Origin: Selaginella moellendorffii
Taxonomy: Eukaryota > Plantae > Lycopodiophyta
Assembly (NCBI RefSeq): GCF_000143415.4
Contig: NW_003314274.1
Coordinates: forward strand, 716,104-780,103
Length of the DNA stretch: 64,000 nucleotides
Direction: 5' to 3'
Shown here: positions 57,591-64,000 of the stretch, piece by piece
Numbering within the stretch: the first letter of the stretch is position 1
Layout: the number at the start of each line of letters is the position of its first letter
The notes under the pieces: model-generated
Databases searched by the model: none
Told to the model about the DNA's origin: nothing
The model's input: only the letters and a program-made list of their open reading frames with translations
Position numbers and translations under genes: made by a program

Positions 57591-58228
57591 CAGTAGCTCT
57601 GTCAATGTGGTTGGCACTGCAACCACTCTCCACTGGACAGCACAACAAACACTTAACTAAGATCTAACTTTAATTTTACAAGGTGAAAAAGACCTTCTTA
57701 CCATCTTTTTTAACCTCTTTACCAACTTTTTTTATCTCCTGGTATAGATCTCGTGAGCGCCAAAACTTTTAGAAAAGTTTAGCGAGCGCTTTGCGTTGAC
57801 AAACCCACACGCAAATCCCCGCATGGAGTTTTGTCACGCAAGGAACGCAAACTTTACGTAACTGGGAGAGGCTTACTAGTTTTAATCGGCAAATCTTTCA
57901 CAATGTCAAAACTTTGTATGGTTTTTCCAGATTTTTTTGCCTTGTTTGATATAGACCCTTCTCTCAAATCAAGTAGATCAAGCATGATACCGATCGCCTG
58001 AAATAAATTTCCCCGCCTATTATATACAAACCAGTTTCTTCGTTTCTTCTTCTTCGTGAAACGCTCGCTTGGCGACGTTTTCAAAACGGCCTAAAACGAG
58101 AGACTTCGTCGAGTAGCAGCGGCTTTGAGCTGACAGAACAGCGCTGTGGACATTATGCTGCACAGAAACCACACCATTAGATGCTTTAGGAATCTCTTAG
58201 CAGCTCAAGGATGATGGCGAATAGTACC

Positions 58229-61016
58229 TCACTCCAGCAAGCGAGATGATATTCCAAAGGATCCCTGTCGATTGAATGGCACGGCTATACACACGCGATT
58301 GCACCTCCAGATACTTATGGTGCGCTGCAAAACGAAACTAGCAAGAGCTCTTAGAAACTTCCAAATGGAAAAGTTTATAGACGAACCAGGATTCACTGCA
58401 GCATCCATCGGAAGAACGTTGCTCTGTTTGCAAGAGGTGCAGTGCCAGCCGGCTTCCGTGCTAGATGAACGCGACACAGCTCTGTTCCGTGCACGAGGCC
58501 CTTGAGCTTGCGTTTGCGGGAGAAATGCACTTTGCATCCACTTGCAAGAATTCTGAGGCACCTGTCTCAGCCTGCTCATCACAAAAAGTTAATCATCCAG
58601 CTCGAACTTCACACTAGCTTACCGGCAAGTTTCCCAGATTCTTGCAAGAAGATCATCCGGAATGCTGAATGCGTTCTCGTCCGTCAAGTCGGAAGGAATG
58701 CCTGCTGGGAGCAAGTCATGCCTCCGAGATAGCGAACAGAGAGCCGATACCAGCTCCGTAAATTCTTCGTCGGAATATGTCTTGCTGCGGCACTCTGGAG
58801 TGGTCTCTTCACTGGAAATCTCTGCACGGTCAAGTGACAAGTAAATCAAAAGCTTTTGAATTTTTGCGAAAGCCACATACCTGCCGAAGCATGAACGCAG
58901 ACTTGAGAGATGCACAGGTCTTGCAGTGAAGCAGCGGACTTTTTCGGAACCGCGTGACCATCGAGCAGCGCCATGGCTGCTGCGTCACAAGCCGATACAT
59001 CACGCAAAACAATCCTGCTGAAACCAGTTTTAGTTGCGCGGCTAGCCGACGTTGAGAAAACGGGTCCACATGTTGGAGGAGGCTCTCGATTCACGGCAGC
59101 AGGCGTACAGCTGAAACTTTCCGGAGCTGCTGCTGCCGCAGCTGCATCCACGTCTATAAGCTGGAAAAGCTCCCAGCGAGACGGAGCCAGCCTCACAGCT
59201 CTTAGCACACCATTTGGCTCCGCACTTAAGTAGCGGCTGCAGAGTAGACAACAAGAAAAAAAACCCTGTTATAACAAAAGAACGAAAACGGCAAAACAAG
59301 CTTACTGTTTCCCGTGGATCTTCCGAGCAGTCCGTATCGTGAAGCCAATTATGCTTGCGTTTCTACAAATGGTTCCGGGAAGTATGGTCGCGTTAGACAC
59401 CGGTTTGATCTCAAACAGAGAAGCAGAGCAGGGAAAGTGTACCGCTGGATCACTGGACTGAAAAACGATAGCATCAACAAAGGTCATCAGAAACTTGATG
59501 AGATAAAGAAATGATACGAACCTGATTGACACGACCGGAAGCGTCGACAAACATGTATACATCGGCTCGACGCTTTGATACAGTGGACAGAGCTGTCAGC
59601 GTGTACAGGGAATCACCGTGAGCTCTCAGATGCCAGGCGCCAATTCCCTGCAAGAAGTCCTTTTTCTCGCTAGAAATTATCCTGCATTTGCCGGTGTCTG
59701 TGCTTAAAAACCCGCCGTGAACGCTTCGGAGAAGGATACGTGAGCCGCTTGCAAGCTGGATGTTGAACAAATCGTTGCCTCTCCTGAGAACCCTTTTGTA
59801 TATCAACTGGCCAAACTCCACACTGAGATGTCCCTGTGAATCCGACTCCGACGTTGCCTGTTGGATACTTATCTTGCTATCCGAGTGAAGCTGGATAGAA
59901 AACGTTTCTCGCCCTTGTGCATGATTGAGTCGAGTGGTAAAAACATTCCCATCCGGCTCAGCGCTCAGCTGTTTGCGCAGACAACAAACATGAGTCGCAA
60001 GAGATGGTTTTTGCAACATAAATTGGAAAACATACCAAGCACGTCCCGTCGTTGGTACGAATGGTGCAATGCCTTGCCGGCTCACTGACAACCTCCGCTT
60101 CCTCCTCTTCGTCACCTCGCCCAAGCAAAGCTTGCCACAAACCTCTGGATTTCTGTGAAGGCTTGGCAGTCTCGCTCTTCGCAGCTGGAAACGACGAAAA
60201 GATTAAATCGATCAGGAATTCCTCACAGCAACAAGGAGCCTGTAATGAAGAAAAGGTACGAGCAAAATCAAAACAACACCACGACTAAAAGCATGAACAA
60301 CAACGTAGCAACAAACAACAACCGATACCTCCGCACGGGCGCTGACAACGTGTCTCGCAGCACATAAATATTTTTTGGTGCTCGCCTGCAACGTTACTCT
60401 CACTGGAGCCCGGACAATCCTGCAGCAAGGCGATCAGTTCTTCTCTCTCCAACACACCACGTAAAAGCTGCCAGAAAGAAAAAAGAAGAAAACCACTTAC
60501 CACGGAGCAATCTTTGGAACGTCCTCCATAGATCTTTCTACGAGCATGAACATCTCCCATTTCCTTGCCTTGGCCGTTCCTCCATACAAACGACCATGCC
60601 AATCACTCGTGAGATATCCAGCTTGAGATCCTCCACGAAAGCTAGCTCCTGCAAGAGAAAGAAAAAAAAGATGAGCAAAACTTTGACAGGAGATCATGGA
60701 ATGAAACACTACTTCCACTTTCGTCCATCTCTAGCGCGAAGAGCACGTCCTCGGAGCAGCATTCCGGGTCTCTCCGCGCACACCCAACAGCGCTATCGCG
60801 GCAGCACAAAAACCACGACGATGAAAACTGGAGCTTGTATCGCCCATCACCCTGAGGAAGCAAGAAAAAATCCGACGCCTCGGCCACTGTTCCAAAAAAG
60901 ACCCTTTGATCCGAAGAGCACGAAAGCCAGCGATCGCACCACGACCTCGCGCGATACGAGCAAACCGGCCCCGAGAAGGCGCACCTAGAAGCGTGTACCT
61001 CCTTGTGGCCCTCCAT
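58229..61016 (-). CDS. Multi-exon protein with several fascin-like (beta-trefoil) repeats and a possible BC-box; exact model uncertain
   Basis: Segments separated by short GT..AG introns: DRWLSCSSDQRVF, DGRYKLQFSSSWFLC, GYLTSDWHGRLYG..RKWEMF, VTLQASTKKYLCA, KQLSAEPDGNVF..GRETF, ILLRSVHGGFLSTD, PSRWELFQL; later SLQDLCISQV. Confidence 0.55.
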
Positions 61017-62923
61017 GCCTGTTAGTGGCGAAGCATTCCTTCCACCGCCTAGAAAGAAAGATTGCCTCCACCCACGGGCTATCTATCTCACGAATGGAGC
61101 CTCGATTCTTCCTTGCCGATAGCGACAGGGAAACAATTATGGCTGGATCGTCCTAAATATCGCCGCAAAGCCCCCATATGTGTGATCACTTGTGATGGGA
61201 GATCGTGGATTGATCCGCCACTACCTAAGAGAGATTGGGAGATGGATCTTGGAAATGCGCGGCAGGAAGAAATTTTAAGACGCAGGGCCGCCTGTGGATC
61301 CGATGCTCGACACCCCAGCATCGATCGAGGGTACCAAGCGCCCTACATCTACATTTCTATGGATTACCCGCATCGATCATCGCCCAGGAGTGAGAGAAAT
61401 GGAGCGACAGCCTGGGGCATGAGAGAACTCATCGCCATAGCCGGGGGTATATAACACGGAGATGGAATATTCCTTAGCAAAGCGGCGATTAGGGTTGAGG
61501 GTTTAAGCTTGGGCCACAAGCCTTTAACAAAATTGTTTTCTGGCAAAAAGGTGAAAAGAATTTCTTGATACAGACCTGCATAAGCTGAGTGACCGCCACA
61601 TCAAACAACAATTACAGCAGGTAATGCCAACGATGAGCAAGGCCGAAGGAAAAAAGTCCAGCTCGAACCGTTTCAGGTAAGAAAGGTCTTCGTCCAAAGC
61701 CTGGGATCCAGAGTAGGCAGGCGCCAGTATTGTCTCCTTCCCGGCCCAGAGATGGTTTTTCGAGCAAGCCCTCTTTGATCGCAGTAAGAGGCCACAATAG
61801 AAAAAGGAAAGGAAAACAGAATCTAGGAGTTTGCCTTCAAGGATGCAGCAAGATTGCATAGGCAGGACGAGCAACGATTTAAGTTTCACATATGACTTTG
61901 ACATCCCACATTCTAAAAGAACATGATCTTGATTGATCAGAATCTGACCACCATAAAGATAAAGAAAACATGTTTAGATTTGGTTAAATTTATTATAAAA
62001 TCAAAAAATAATTTGATGCATTTAGCAGCAATGCTTGGTTTGCTTTAAAATCAAGAATCTAATCCATCATCACAACTATATCTAACTGAGATTTATTTGG
62101 GATATTATATCTCATTATAATTATAAGATTAGAGAAAGTTTATGAAAGCTTAGTATAAGAAAGTCACAACAATTAGAATAGAAAATATTCTAGAATATAG
62201 TTTGGTGTTAGATTAGTTTTGAGTTTGGTAAAAAAAAAAGTTATATAAGTTTGTCTATATTGCAACTAAAATTGGTAATATTAGGTGTTGTAAATTTTTA
62301 TTAGTGGGGTGTAGCATTTATGTTGCATTTTGTTAAATAGAGTTGATATTTGATATTCACATAAACCTTTAAAGTAATAATGTAGATTTTCTGCTGGTGT
62401 TATTCAATTAATGATCAGGTTATTGTGATTTTTATATGATATTATACGAGTACTATCTAGAACGTCCTAAACAACCAATCCTTTGCAAAACTGGTCCCAT
62501 ACTAAGCCCCTTTGTTTTGGAAAATTATTGCATGATATCCACTTCACAAATCTTAAAGTTTTATGTAACTCTTAGCTCCTTAGCTGCTATTGCTATTTAT
62601 TTCCATGTCTCCTTGTGCTACTATCTTTAGTGTTCCACTCTCTGAGCATTTGTGGGTGTCCTCTACTTGGAACTGCTGCCCTACTGGCAGTCTATTTGTT
62701 GTTGCAAGGCATAACATATTCTTGGACTTCTTTTGGATTGGTGACTTCCAAAACACTTCCTTCTCAAACTCCTTGTTAACCATTAACCCATTCTATACCT
62801 CCTTTACTTTGTATATGAAAAACCATTTGCCCCTCATTGCCACATTGTCGAGTCCCAATCTAGATCCTTGATGAGTTTGTTGTGCTACCAACCCTCTAGC
62901 CAACATTCCAATTCTATGACATT

Positions 62924-63315
62924 TGTCTAGGCTGCTAATTTTTTCAAGTGTCTAGATTTGCTAGTGAGGCATATCTATAGAATATAGAGATTGTCTTGAA
63001 TATGATAGTGTTGTTCTTGTGTCCAGATTCACAGTCTAACACTATTCCATATTTAGTAAAATTTTTTAATCGTCCCAAAGACTAAAAGTGAAGCATGTGT
63101 TGCTAGAGGGGGGGATGTATAGTAAGGATAGTGGGTAGGTCAAATGGGGCATAATTTAGCTCCAATTTATATGCCTATCCTTGTTTTGCGTCCATCTTAG
63201 GTTTAACCTTAAATTCCATATCATATTAACTAATGGAGTATTGTTAGACCACCAATATGCTAAAATAATGCCAAACTCTATTTGGTTTTATTTTGCATGC
63301 TAATCCTAACATTAA
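62924..63315 (+). mobile_element. Old, decayed fragment of a family A LTR lacking the family E passenger
   Basis: Collinear with the reverse complement of element A LTR (AAGTGTC.AGATTTGCT, ATTCCATATTTAGTAA, TGTATAGTA.GGATAGTGGGTAGGTC, CCTTGTT.TGCGTCC), with many transitions. Confidence 0.75.
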
Positions 63316-64000
63316 GATCCTACATGCTCTAAGATTGTTTTTATATTATTCTATGCTATCTTTTTGCTTTTTGGGTTGTACATTTGGGAGTTATTCTATG
63401 CTTTTGTCCCTTCACTTTTTGGGTTATACATTTGGGAATTGTCCTATGCTTGTGGTTTCTTACACTCCTTGGCTATATGCTTAGAAGTTAAGCTTTATAC
63501 TTTCATTCAGTGGCTCAAGACCTTGAAACTTGAGTTCCACTCTACTGCCCTTGTCAACTGGGTTTTACTTATTTATTCTCTATAAAACCATAAAGTGTAG
63601 TTTCGACATGCTCGAAACTTGAAAAGAGTAAATGGGGGGGGTGACAGGGCTAGAGTTGAACTAAAGCTTGAGTCCATGTCTATTGTTATCTATGTGGTCA
63701 AAGTCCTTGATAGGGAATTTGAGGGACTCAAAGAGGTACATGATCTGTCACTCATAGACAAGTGGTGCCAAAACTATAGTGGTGGTTTTTATGTACTTTG
63801 CTGCCCTTGGCCCTCGAGTCTAAGGGTGTAGGTTTTGCTCTATTGTTATCTTATAGTAAATCACCATAAAGTAAAAGGTGAAAATTATGTGCACTCTAAT
63901 ATCTTTTTAGCATTCATGCATTGCTATTAGCAATTTTGTTAGCGTTAATGAGTTGGGTGGCAAGTTAAATTAGCTATATGTAGACAAGATTGTTTATAAG

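Noticed and set aside
63345-63452. ~46-bp unit repeated about 2.3 times, and short ORFs in 62400-64000
   Set aside because: Degenerate AT-rich TE debris with no definable ends or protein motifs.

Overview
Eukaryotic plant genomic DNA, most likely a lycophyte such as Selaginella. This is inferred from the compact GC-rich genes, ~50-70 bp introns, 100-N scaffold gaps and a Tcn1-type chromovirus, and is not confirmed. The window has three zones. (1) 1-13.5 kb is a dense gene block: lipoxygenase 5' part, intronless EF-hand lysophospholipid acyltransferase, LEA_2-domain protein, F-box/kelch, intronless KOBITO1, a small OSD1/UVI4-like putative APC/C regulator, an F-box protein with an animal FBXO2/Fbs-type FBA domain, a RING-H2 E3 and a DUF1223 protein. 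(2) 15.2-54.9 kb is a retrotransposon island. A complete non-autonomous LTR element (A, TSD CGAAT) holds an intact chromovirus (TSD AGTGT) with a Tf1-type self-priming PBS and a G GGA AAC + pseudoknot -1 frameshift signal. Next is an old Ty3/gypsy (D) carrying a nested stack: a 5S-rRNA-bearing Cassandra-like solo LTR, a decayed chromovirus (B), solo LTRs, a 5'-truncated LINE with a 17-bp TSD, and a tandem non-autonomous element (C). B and C share a multi-hairpin RNA module with tRNA T-loop mimics. (3) 55.9-61 kb holds a URGT-type nucleotide-sugar transporter and a multi-exon fascin-like repeat protein, followed by decayed repeats. All family assignments come from motif recognition by eye; no searches were run.
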